In this document: one piece after another, positions 12,090-21,358 of the stretch
How the letters are laid out: each line of letters begins with the position of its first letter
Position numbering within the stretch: the first letter of the stretch is position 1
DNA from: Phoronis australis
Taxonomy: Eukaryota; Animalia; Phoronida
Length of the DNA stretch: 40,496 bases
Direction of reading: 5' to 3'
Assembly: GCA_002633005.1 (NCBI GenBank)
Contig: NMRA01000591.1
Location: 85,946-126,441 of the forward strand
The notes under the pieces: generated by a model
What the model saw: the letters and a program-made list of their open reading frames with translations, nothing else
The model's database searches: none
Told to the model about the DNA's origin: nothing
Made by a program: the position numbers and the translations under genes

Positions 12090-13163
12090 TCACGCTTTCC
12101 CGCCACGCCCCGTACTAGTATTCATCATGTCAATCATGCTGTACGGATAAGGCTTTCCCGGATTGGATACGTCATTTAGAACCTTCATCTGTTCTTCTGA
12201 CAACTCCCAACCATTTCCGGCGCCCATGTTGTCCTCCAACTGTGAAAGGTTGCGAGCTCCGATTATAACAGAATCCACAATGTCTCTCTGTAGAAGCCAA
12301 CGAAGCGAAACTTGCGCCACGGACTTGCCGCATTCTTTGGCAATTTTGTCCAAGGCGTCGAGAATATCCCATGTCTTCTCAGTTGCTTGTTGTGCAAAGG
12401 TTGGAAGTACACTCATCGTGCCTGGCTTTGATTGATGCTCAATTCTTGAAGCTGGTGCTGGCTCAGTCATCCCACGATGGAACTTTCCACTTAGCCATCC
12501 ACCTCTGAGAGGACTCCATGGTAAGTAACCAATGCCTTCATTACGACATACATCCACCAATTCGTGCTCCACTTCTCGACACAGCAGGCTGTATTGGTTT
12601 TGCAAGCTGATGAAGGGATTAAGTCCCATCTTCTCACAAGTATCTACCAGTTTTTGAAGCTGCCATCCGCAGAAGTTACTTGCTCCCAAGTAACGGACCT
12701 TTCCTATGCGAACAAGATCGTCAAATGTACGGACAAATTCTTCAAGAGGCGTGCCCCGATCCCACAAGTGACACTGATAAAGGTCAATGTAATCAGTCTG
12801 AAGTCTGCGCAAACTTTCGTCGACGCTCCACATAATGTGTTTACGACTCAAACCCATGCAGTTGACGTCACTTCGATCCATCGGGAAAAACACCTTGGTT
12901 GCGAGAACTAAGTCATCTCGCTTTCCCCTCTTTTTCAACCAGTTACCAATGAATTCTTCGGATTGACCATTGGAATATATGTTCGCTGTATCTATAAAGT
13001 TTCCACCCAATTCCACATACCGGTCCAGTACAGTGAACGATTCAGCCTCATCGGCTTGTCGAACAAGCCACGTACTCTTGTCACCAAACGTCATGGTACC
13101 GAGACATAGGTTGGATACTTTCACGCCAGATCGGCCCAAAAAGTTGTACTGAACGGCTGCCAT
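12090..13163 (-). CDS. Aldo-keto reductase, YajO/Tas-like, intronless, 357 aa (AKR copy 2)
   Basis: MAAVQYNFLGRSGVKVSNLCLGTMTFG start; catalytic tetrad D(TA), Y(SNG), (AT)K, H(LWD); WSPLRGG and IIGARNLSQLEDN cofactor motifs; ATG at 13163; AATAAA on the minus strand at 11915-11920. Confidence 0.95.
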   Translation of the reverse strand: MAAVQYNFLGRSGVKVSNLCLGTMTFGDKSTWLVRQADEAESFTVLDRYVELGGNFIDTANIYSNGQSEEFIGNWLKKRGKRDDLVLATKVFFPMDRSDVNCMGLSRKHIMWSVDESLRRLQTDYIDLYQCHLWDRGTPLEEFVRTFDDLVRIGKVRYLGASNFCGWQLQKLVDTCEKMGLNPFISLQNQYSLLCREVEHELVDVCRNEGIGYLPWSPLRGGWLSGKFHRGMTEPAPASRIEHQSKPGTMSVLPTFAQQATEKTWDILDALDKIAKECGKSVAQVSLRWLLQRDIVDSVIIGARNLSQLEDNMGAGNGWELSEEQMKVLNDVSNPGKPYPYSMIDMMNTSTGRGGKA

Positions 13164-13273
13164 TTCGAACACGTCGAAGGAACTAGTGTATTCCTTGCAG
13201 TCGTATTGTATAGAGAACAATCGTAGATCAGTAAGTAGGTCGAAGCGCAAACACAAAAGGAGCGAATGATTTC

Positions 13274-13284
13274 TGCTGCGTCAT
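13274..13284 (-). promoter_or_regulatory. Antioxidant response element upstream of AKR copy 2
   Basis: ATGACGCAGCA(GAAAT) about 110 bp upstream of the ATG; CCAAT (13357-13361) and a perfect CRE TGACGTCA (13394-13401) lie further upstream. Confidence 0.55.
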
Positions 13285-13889
13285 GCAAACACAACACAAA
13301 ACTAACAAACCCAGGGAATCAGATACGCGTCAAAGCCGATATTCGGAGCCCCACCTATTGGTTGTTAAAACTCGGTTCCCAGGGCTCACAGTCTGACGTC
13401 ACTGATATCATGGATTAGATACACTGCCTGAGAGTTGGGGCCGCACGGCTGCGGGCTGCAGGGGAGACAATGTCAACTCTCAGGTTCCCAGCATCAGTGA
13501 TTGTCAAAACCATGTTTAGATGTTGAAGTGTTGGTGGCAAACTCCATTACTGAGTGTCCTAAATTTCATCAAACATTTGTTCGGTCCCCGTGGCTGGATT
13601 ATTAGATTATTTGAATTAAGTCAAGAAATGTAACTAAGTTACAGTTTTTGTATTGGTCGGCCAAACTGCGAGTGCAGGTGGGAAGGCGCTATTCAGGGCT
13701 TGAATAAGCGACAGTCTGAAAAGCTTGACATGATACTTAACCCCGTTTTTTTAAATGTTTTGTTACATAAACATAACTGGCAGACATATCCCCATGACAT
13801 ACGTCCTCTTTCACCCTACACGCACGCAACCGAAATTACAAGTAAAGAAACCTCCTCGCGTTTGCATGAGCTCTCTTCTTTTTTAAAAT

Positions 13890-15775
13890 AATTCATTTTT
13901 TGAATTTGCAGTGTATTTCTAGTTTCGTTTTAAAAATGATTTTAGATGATTTTTGAGAATTTAGTTTTCTTAAATAGATTTAGTGTTTCGTTAAAAATCA
14001 TATTAAGTTGTACATTTCATTATTTCTTCATGATTGGACCAAATAATGCCGATGGTTTGTCTAAGGACAACTTTTCATTTTTTGAATCCTAAACACTACT
14101 ATTTTGTTCCAAAACACTTTCACAGTACAGGACGAAGCCATAATAAATGTGCAAGCGATTTAGGTTCATCTTTACAAAAAGTACAAAAATTGTTGATTGA
14201 AAAGCAAATACGGATTGTGCAGAAACCCCTCGACAATTAAGCGACACCCTCGACTTACAACCCCCAAGATCCATGACTCACGACCCCGCCCTCGACCAGT
14301 GGCATAATTCAATGATCTTATTACGTCGCTGGGCGACTTTCTCATAACATATATCTACACGCGTATCTTCTAAGGCTGAAGTCTGGTGATTGGGAGAATG
14401 CCGGTACTGGTGGTCTTGAATTGCGCATTGTGAGAGCGCTATCGTTTTCACGGAAATAGTTCCACGAGCGGCTGTCAAAGGAACAGTTCTAATAACTTAG
14501 TGAGAGAGTACGTTAACGTAAATGTGCATAATTTCATATTTAATCATTTAATTTATATTGTATACTCGTTTACAATGTATTCGATATAACGTTGAAATTC
14601 TTTTTAGTTAACAGTTTGGTGAAATTACAATTCTGTCGGTTCCTCGCACTCTGCAATTCACTGAAGAGCAGACGAGACGATTACACTATGCCGGGAACAA
14701 CACTTGCAATGTTGGTAGGTCTTTGATTTGATTTGGCCGCGTTGTTTGTTTTTCTGTTTTTGGCTTTCAAACTTCCGAATCGATTGCCTTAATTGCAAAA
14801 AAAGCAGGTAAAAGCCATCCGACCTCACGGCCCAACTCATTGGTCCTACATATCATGTGTGTTCAGATCGAGTCGAGCTTGTGTGGGTCAAGGGGTTCGA
14901 GGGTCATAGGTCGAGGAGGTTGTGGGTTGAGGGGGTCGAGGGGGTTTCAGAACAATCCATCAAACACGCATCAAAAAGTGTTTCTTGTCAAAATTCTGAG
15001 CATGATGTTCATTTGAAACCATCTGAATCGAACGTAGGAAGTGCAAAAATTTGATTATTGTTACAAGACCTGCAAGGATTGTCCATTCAGTGTAATATAG
15101 AATATCGTAAAGTGTTCTTGTGTTTTCCCCGATAAACCCTCCAGAAATAAATCCAATCTGATCAGGATGTATTATTTTTTCGAGAACTTTAAAAAACAAT
15201 TAACTTACACTGTATACTGAGCAGAGAGATAAGACGCCAGTTTTTCAGAAAATCTCGTGGTTTGCCAGATTTATGTAAAATTTTAATAACTCTCTGACGC
15301 TGAGAGACCGGAAAAGAATTTACTTCGAAAGTTATCTTATAAAGAACGTTGACAGTTCTTTCCAATAAAATCTCTAAAGCTCAACGGTAAAACCGCCAAT
15401 TCCGGGACTTTGGCATTTTTCCTGTTGTCAATGTTACAGTGTACATGTAACTCAATTTTACGTAAATTTATATCAGCCTCTAAATTTTCTTCATCGGCAT
15501 CACTTGTTTTCAACGTGTTGTATTTCCAAAAATGTATTAAAATCTGTCAATTCTACTATAGAAAAGTATATTAAGTTTTCTTAGAAGGATGTTTTTGTTT
15601 TTAAAATTTCTTTTCGATATTTGTCAAAATATTCCAGATGGCGTTTTTAGTTTTATTGGGTTGTGCTCACATAGTTTCTTTTTTGTAAACTGAAAAAGCC
15701 TTTTTTCTCAATCCTCTACCCATTTGCGTTTTGAGCGCACAATTAAGCTTCTCGAGTAATCTCAATTCTTTTCAT
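13890..15775 (-). mobile_element. Decayed L1/Tx1-clade LINE ORF2 with an internal deletion and nested insertions
   Basis: Minus-strand motifs in order: LIVRSKRKWVED*EK..FFSLQKRNY, IIHPDQIGFISGGFIGENTRTLYDIL, FRWFQMNIMLRILTRNTF, CTFCKDEPKSLAHLLW (zf-RVT). Confidence 0.8.
14212..14958. mobile_element. Mutator/MULE-like non-autonomous element inserted in the LINE
   Basis: Imperfect TIR ggattgtgcagaaacccctcgac / gtcgagggggtttcagaacaatcc; 9-bp TSD agcaaatac / atcaaacac (7 of 9 match); subterminal cctcgac repeats. Confidence 0.7.
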
Positions 15776-16523
15776 AGCACCATATCCAACGGTGGCGCGC
15801 CTTGTTATTCAACCCTTGGCATACACTGTAGGACTGTGAATAATCCGTAATATTATGCAAGTTTTTGAAACTATCTTCGTATGTATACGACACTTATGAT
15901 TTGAACCATTTATTCCGGTAAAACAGCCGGGACTGTAGCCTTCGCCTTTCGCCAGTTTTGGTTTCCGTCCGCACCTCAAGTCATCGGCTGGAGGTCCGAG
16001 TAATTTCTATCAAAATATGTTTTGGCTCATATAAGTTGTTTCTATTTTGGTTTAGTTAAGATTAAACTACTCTGTCGATTATTTTATCACTGTTTGCAGG
16101 CTGGTAACAGGAACTGAGTTCCTGAATGAATTATATTTCCGGTTTCGCGGTTAGTTCAAAATGGCGGTGTGTTCTTCGGGTCGGAATCATGAGTGGCGCG
16201 TTGATTTAAAGTTCATTCGAATAAGGATTGTGTATTGGTAATGGGATCGGTACTGTTTGTTTCCATTTTACTTCTACTAATCATTTAATAAGGGTTAAAA
16301 CGTGTGCTTCTAAGACTTAAATGGAACACAATGAGACATTTTTATTATGCAGTGGGTCGGGTCTAGATCAATAGTTAGGCCTGTTTTTGTGGAAGGTTGG
16401 TTTTCAGCCATAATTATAACACCAACGACATATAATTGGAGAAAAAGCACACTGAGCAAAATTTCGTGTCGATCCATTTCATGCTGTCATTAGTTATTAC
16501 CACCAAGTCGAGTCATTCCTTGG

Positions 16524-17597
16524 TCACACTTTCCCGCCACGCCCGGTACTAGTATTCATCATGTCAATCATGCTGTACGGATAAGGCTTTCCGGGATTAG
16601 AGACGTCATTTAGAACCTTCATCTGTTCTTCTGACAACTCCCACCCATTTCCGGCGCCCATGTTGTCCTCCAACTGCGAGAGGTTGCGAGCTCCGATTAT
16701 AACAGAATCCACAGTATCTTTTTGCAGGAGCCAACGAAGGGAAACTTGGGCCACAGATTTGCTGCATTCTTGGGCAATTTTGTCCAAGGCGTCAAGAATA
16801 TTCCATGTCTTCTCAGTTGCTTGTTGTGTAAAGGACGGTAATAAACTCATCACGCCCGGCTTTGTTTGATGCTCAATTCTTGAAGCTGGTGCTGGTTCAG
16901 TCATTCCACGACGAAACTTTCCACTAAGCCAACCATCTCTGAGAGGACTCCATGGTAAGTAACCAATGCCTTCCTTACGACATACATCCACCAATTCGTG
17001 CTCCACTTCTCGACACAACAGACTGTAGTGGTTTTGAAGGCTGATGAAGGGATTAAGTCCCATCTTTTCACAAGTATCTACCAGTTTCTGAAGCTGCCAC
17101 CCGCAGAAGTTACTTGCTCCCAAGTAACGGACCTTTCCGACGCGAACAAGATCATCAAATGTACGGACAAGCTCTTCAAGAGGCGTGCCCCGATCCCACA
17201 AGTGACACTGATAAAGGTCAATGTAATTAGTCTGAAGTCTGCGCAAACTTTCATCAACGCTCCACATTACACACTTACGGCTTAAACCCCTGGAGTTGAC
17301 ATTACTTCGATCCATAGAGCCAAACACTTTGGTAGCCAGAACTAAATCATCTCGCTTTCCCCTCTTTTTTAGCCAGTTACCTATGAATTCTTCGGATTGA
17401 CCATTGGAATATATGTTCGCTGTATCTATAAAGTTTCCACCCAACTCCACATACCGGTCCAGTATAGTGAACGATTCAGCCTCATCGGCTTGTCGAACAA
17501 GCCACGTACTCTTGTCACCAAACGTCATGGTACCGAGACATAGGTTGGATACTTTCACGCCAGATCGTCCCAAAAAGTTGTGCTGAACGGAAGTCAT
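16524..17597 (-). CDS. Aldo-keto reductase, YajO/Tas-like, intronless, 357 aa (AKR copy 3)
   Basis: MTSVQHNFLGRSG start at ATG 17597, same length as copy 2; catalytic D/Y/K/H retained; AATAAA on the minus strand at 16341-16346. Confidence 0.93.
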   Translation of the reverse strand: MTSVQHNFLGRSGVKVSNLCLGTMTFGDKSTWLVRQADEAESFTILDRYVELGGNFIDTANIYSNGQSEEFIGNWLKKRGKRDDLVLATKVFGSMDRSNVNSRGLSRKCVMWSVDESLRRLQTNYIDLYQCHLWDRGTPLEELVRTFDDLVRVGKVRYLGASNFCGWQLQKLVDTCEKMGLNPFISLQNHYSLLCREVEHELVDVCRKEGIGYLPWSPLRDGWLSGKFRRGMTEPAPASRIEHQTKPGVMSLLPSFTQQATEKTWNILDALDKIAQECSKSVAQVSLRWLLQKDTVDSVIIGARNLSQLEDNMGAGNGWELSEEQMKVLNDVSNPGKPYPYSMIDMMNTSTGRGGKV

Positions 17598-17831
17598 TGC
17601 GAACACCTCGAACGAGTGCGACCTTGCAGAGGTGCTTGATGGTAAACAACTGTAGATCAGTAGACTGATGCTCAAACATACATGAGAAGAAGCGCCACAG
17701 TCCACAAACACTCTTATCTTAATTTATTTATTAATAAGGAGATTATAGTAACGTGTTGACTGCTTATCACTGGAGTGCCCTTGCACAGACCGACTGAGAT
17801 TGTGAACTGTGAACCTTAGGTAATTAACCTG

Positions 17832-17968
17832 GCGTGCGTTCAGTAACGCTAGGACCTACGTAGGACCTACCTAAAATCTAGCCAAGGTGACATGCTCTCA
17901 CGTAATAGCACGAATTAATGCTTTTTAGCGAGGTCCTGGCGTACAGTTGTACGTTACTGAACGGGAGG
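17832..17968. mobile_element. PIF/Harbinger-like MITE in the AKR copy 3 promoter
   Basis: Same family as 9632-9770 (gcgtgcgttcagtaacgctaggacct ... gttactgaacgggagg). Confidence 0.7.
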
Positions 17969-18225
17969 ATGGTTCCTACGAGGGTCACCCGAACAACCAG
18001 TTAGGCTATGTTAGTTGGTCTGTGCAGGAGGCAACCTGGGAACCAATTAAAGTTAGCGTCCAAGCGGATATACGTAATCGAGCTCACCTTTTGGTTGACC
18101 CAAAGCTTTGTTCTTATCCCTCACACACGTCACTGATATCGTGAGGTAGATTATCTGGAGGGCGCCGGGCCGGCCGGGGAAACAATGTCGCGGCATATTA
18201 ACGGGGGGGGGGGGGGGGGGGGCAA

Positions 18226-18644
18226 NNNNNNNNNNNNNNNNNNNNNNNNNNNNNNNNNNNNNNNNNNNNNNNNNNNNNNNNNNNNNNNNNNNNNNNNNNN
18301 NNNNNNNNNNNNNNNNNNNNNNNNNNNNNNNNNNNNNNNNNNNNNNNNNNNNNNNNNNNNNNNNNNNNNNNNNNNNNNNNNNNNNNNNNNNNNNNNNNNN
18401 NNNNNNNNNNNNNNNNNNNNNNNNNNNNNNNNNNNNNNNNNNNNNNNNNNNNNNNNNNNNNNNNNNNNNNNNNNNNNNNNNNNNNNNNNNNNNNNNNNNN
18501 NNNNNNNNNNNNNNNNNNNNNNNNNNNNNNNNNNNNNNNNNNNNNNNNNNNNNNNNNNNNNNNNNNNNNNNNNNNNNNNNNNNNNNNNNNNNNNNNNNNN
18601 NNNNNNNNNNNNNNNNNNNNNNNNNNNNNNNNNNNNNNNNNNNN
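18226..18644. other. Assembly gap
   Basis: Run of N preceded by a poly-G tract. Confidence 0.99.
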
Positions 18645-18717
18645 TTGCACCTCCCTACGGTAATGCAGAGGTTCAATGAATGGATTTAAGTGGACTTCAC
18701 ATGTTTGGCGTTTATTA

Positions 18718-18930
18718 CCGTAATCGTTCGGGTTAACGCCCTGGGCAGTTAAATTGGCGAATCCAAAAAATCGGGGGAGGGCGGTTAACCGAGCAGTGGG
18801 CGCTTAACTGGAAATCTTCAAAAATCGCAGGGGGGCGCTTAACCGAGCAGTGGGCAGTTAAATCAAAAATCCACTTAAAGTCGGGGATGGGCGGTTAACT
18901 GAGCATGGGCGTTAACCCGAACGATTACGG
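18718..18930. mobile_element. Tc1/mariner (pogo-like) MITE
   Basis: Perfect 24-bp TIR ccgtaatcgttcgggttaacgccc, TA duplication on both sides, internal ttaaccgagcagtgggc repeats. Confidence 0.88.
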
Positions 18931-18979
18931 TAAATCACCATGAACTTCTGTCAGAATTTAGATGTTCCCTGCTCCCTGC

Positions 18980-19456
18980 CAGGCCTTTATCTGGTATTTT
19001 GAAAATAGGGTGTCCAAAATGGGGTTCCCAATATTCCAGGGCGTCCATGATTCTGATGCGTAACCCCCCACCCCCAGCAACACCCCCAAACACACAATTT
19101 TTTTACAAAAAAATGCATAGATCAAGGTTTTTATAAAACAGCCTTCTATGGTGAGCATTTTTACTAAAAAAACTGTAGACCAAGGCTTTTACAATGCTGT
19201 CAATCAAGTGTCAAAATAGCAACAATGCATATACTTTGTACATACATTGTATATTTCTTCCTGCTTTGAAAAAAAAAGCCCCCACTGTGAGCCTTCAGAG
19301 GCTTCCTAGTATTCATTACAATGTGTGAGTCAAAACCTGAAAGGTTCCTATTGACAGTGGGCATCCAAATATACATTGGGCGTCCTTGCCAGGGCGTCCA
19401 GATTAGTGCTAGGGCGTCCATTTGGCAGCCCAGGACATACGCTGCATAAAGGCCTG
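18980..19456. mobile_element. hAT-like non-autonomous element
   Basis: TIR caggcctttat / ataaaggcctg; 8-bp TSD ctccctgc / gtccctgg (6 of 8 match); subterminal gggcgtcc motifs; related end at about 39995-40097. Confidence 0.75.
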
Positions 19457-19969
19457 GTCCCTGGTCCTTTATTATTACTCATTGTTGGGCGTACCAAGAT
19501 GGCTACTGTTTTTGCTTCTGAGGATGGTGTTTTAATGAACCCTGAAACGTCAAGCCGATTTAAATCTATTGTTGTTTTTATCAACCTACGCTGCTGCTTG
19601 CTATCCATTAGATTTTCAATGAATAGTTTCACATGTACATTGCCGAACAAAGAACAGCAATGAGTCATTATTTTCCATATAAATATCCTTGGAGACTGCC
19701 TATGACTGAGCTAGGCCTACTTGAAACTGGAACTTTAGAGCACATTTTTGTGCGCCCACATACTTCTATGTACAGGTGTAAACGCATTATGCCATCATCC
19801 CGTATGTTCATGCAGCGCCCCTCCCTCGTCTGCTGCTCTGTCTCCAAAACCCTTTGATGTATGTTCATGAAATTTTGCCTTGTGTTCCTTTCATGGATGA
19901 GATGGCATGACCGAACTTAACGTTTAGGGGACTGTATCTATGTTTTTTAATTGTTTTTTCATTAGTGAG

Positions 19970-20735
19970 GTGACACTATTCTCCTGTTTTCGGATGGATT
20001 TGAAATAGTTTGCGCCACCTAGTGGCCATTTTTACTGTTTTCGAGTCTGTTTTTTGGTGCCCACCCCTCTATCAACCAAACCGTTTTAAGGATGATTGTG
20101 AAAATTGGCATGTAAGTTCTTACTATGAAGAGGAGGGCTCATGATGAATTTTTGATGACTTTTACTTGTGTGACATCTCCTAGTGGCAGTTTTGTTGTTT
20201 TTTGCACCCTTTGGTTGTATCTCCTAAACTGCTTGCAGGATGTTTACTAAATATATTTATATGGTGTTTGACAACGGACGACGACCACTTTTGGACGGCT
20301 CTGACTACCGATGTGCCCCCGAGTGGCAATTTTAGTTTTTAGGTTTACCTGTGTATCGTTAAAGGTGCTCAACGGATTTTCATAAAATTTGGAATATAAG
20401 AATGTATTGGTGAGATGACACTATCCTTCCATTTTCAGATGGAATCGAGGTATTTTGTGCCACCTAGTGGCCTTTTTTGCTGTTTTCGAATGTTTTTTGT
20501 TATCCATCCTCTGTCAACCAAACCATTCTAAGGATGATTTTTAAAATTGATGACGACTCGGGCGTTAATTAACGCTGTGCCGCCTAATGTCACTTTCATT
20601 TTTTCGGTTTTCTTTTGTTTCTTTGAAGTTCTGTGACAGATTTTTATGAAATCTTGTAAGTAGCTTCCTGTTAAAGAAGCAATGGCATGTTCCCGTTTTC
20701 GGATGGATTGGACGTTTTTGCAGCATCTAGTGCCC
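19970..20735. repeat. Degenerate tandem repeat (about 140-160 bp subunits, about 445 bp higher-order unit)
   Basis: 19971-20106 is similar to 20416-20548, with a partial third copy near 20690-20735; recurring gcc(a/c)c(c/t)agtgg-type motif. Confidence 0.7.
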
Positions 20736-21159
20736 ATAAACAACCCTAGAAGCACCCCGTTTGCAGTGGGCGCATTTCAACGCGCTCTTGTTTATGACTG
20801 TAAAACAATTGGGCATTTTCTGTAAGAAATAGAAATCTGTGTTCTCACCAGAGGAAATATTATTGATAATATTTCCCACACGGGGTAAATTTTTGAATTG
20901 GTTGATGCTTATATGCAAAATAATCTTTTGTTAAGCAACATTCAAGGTTGGGATGTCAAATATTTTTGGTTTCATTGGAATGTTGAAATATGGATTCAGC
21001 TGTCAGAAATTTCTGCTTTTGAAAAACGATTTTACCAAAGTATATAATAAGGTCTGGAGAAAGTTAGCCCATACGTGATTGATTAAAAACGTGTGTATGC
21101 CTGTGTGTATGTGTACGGTATGTACATATCTTTGGTTTACTCACAATAAATATTGAAAT

Positions 21160-21358
21160 ATCTCACCAATTTCGGACAAAAAAATCTGAAACTTGCACTT
21201 TATTCAGTTTCCAGAACTTCTCACATTGTTGCACTTATGCTCCCAATTTTTTCAAAGTATTGTCCGATGATGGCAAAATAAATAACTTGAAAATGGTAAA
21301 GTTTTTCATTGGATCGGATGGCACTTCTGCTTCTTCTTGTGCCCTAAATTGGTGAGAT
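21160..21358. mobile_element. Short MITE
   Basis: 13-bp perfect TIR atctcaccaattt / aaattggtgagat with imperfect extension. Confidence 0.6.

Noticed and set aside
12163-13152. Plus-strand ORFs repeated opposite each AKR copy
   Set aside because: Antisense shadows of the duplicated CDS with no independent protein features.
13164-13256. N-terminal extensions of the AKR ORFs in the track (388 and 395 aa)
   Set aside because: They begin at non-ATG codons and are poorly conserved between paralogs; the true starts are the aligned ATGs at 13163 and 17597.
6201-17597. Bacterial contamination as the source of the AKR genes
   Set aside because: The genes have poly(A) signals, no operon context, and are interleaved with animal LINEs and MITEs in contiguous sequence.
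18053-18679. Long ORFs spanning the first N run
   Set aside because: Artefacts of the assembly gap.
18745-18910. Short regularly spaced repeats resembling a CRISPR array
   Set aside because: They are internal repeats of a TA-flanked MITE; the spacers resemble each other, there are no cas genes, and the context is eukaryotic.
19460-19900. Coding-looking minus-strand ORFs (106 and 66 aa)
   Set aside because: No recognisable domain or consistent splice structure; the 106-aa ORF partly overlaps a hAT end.
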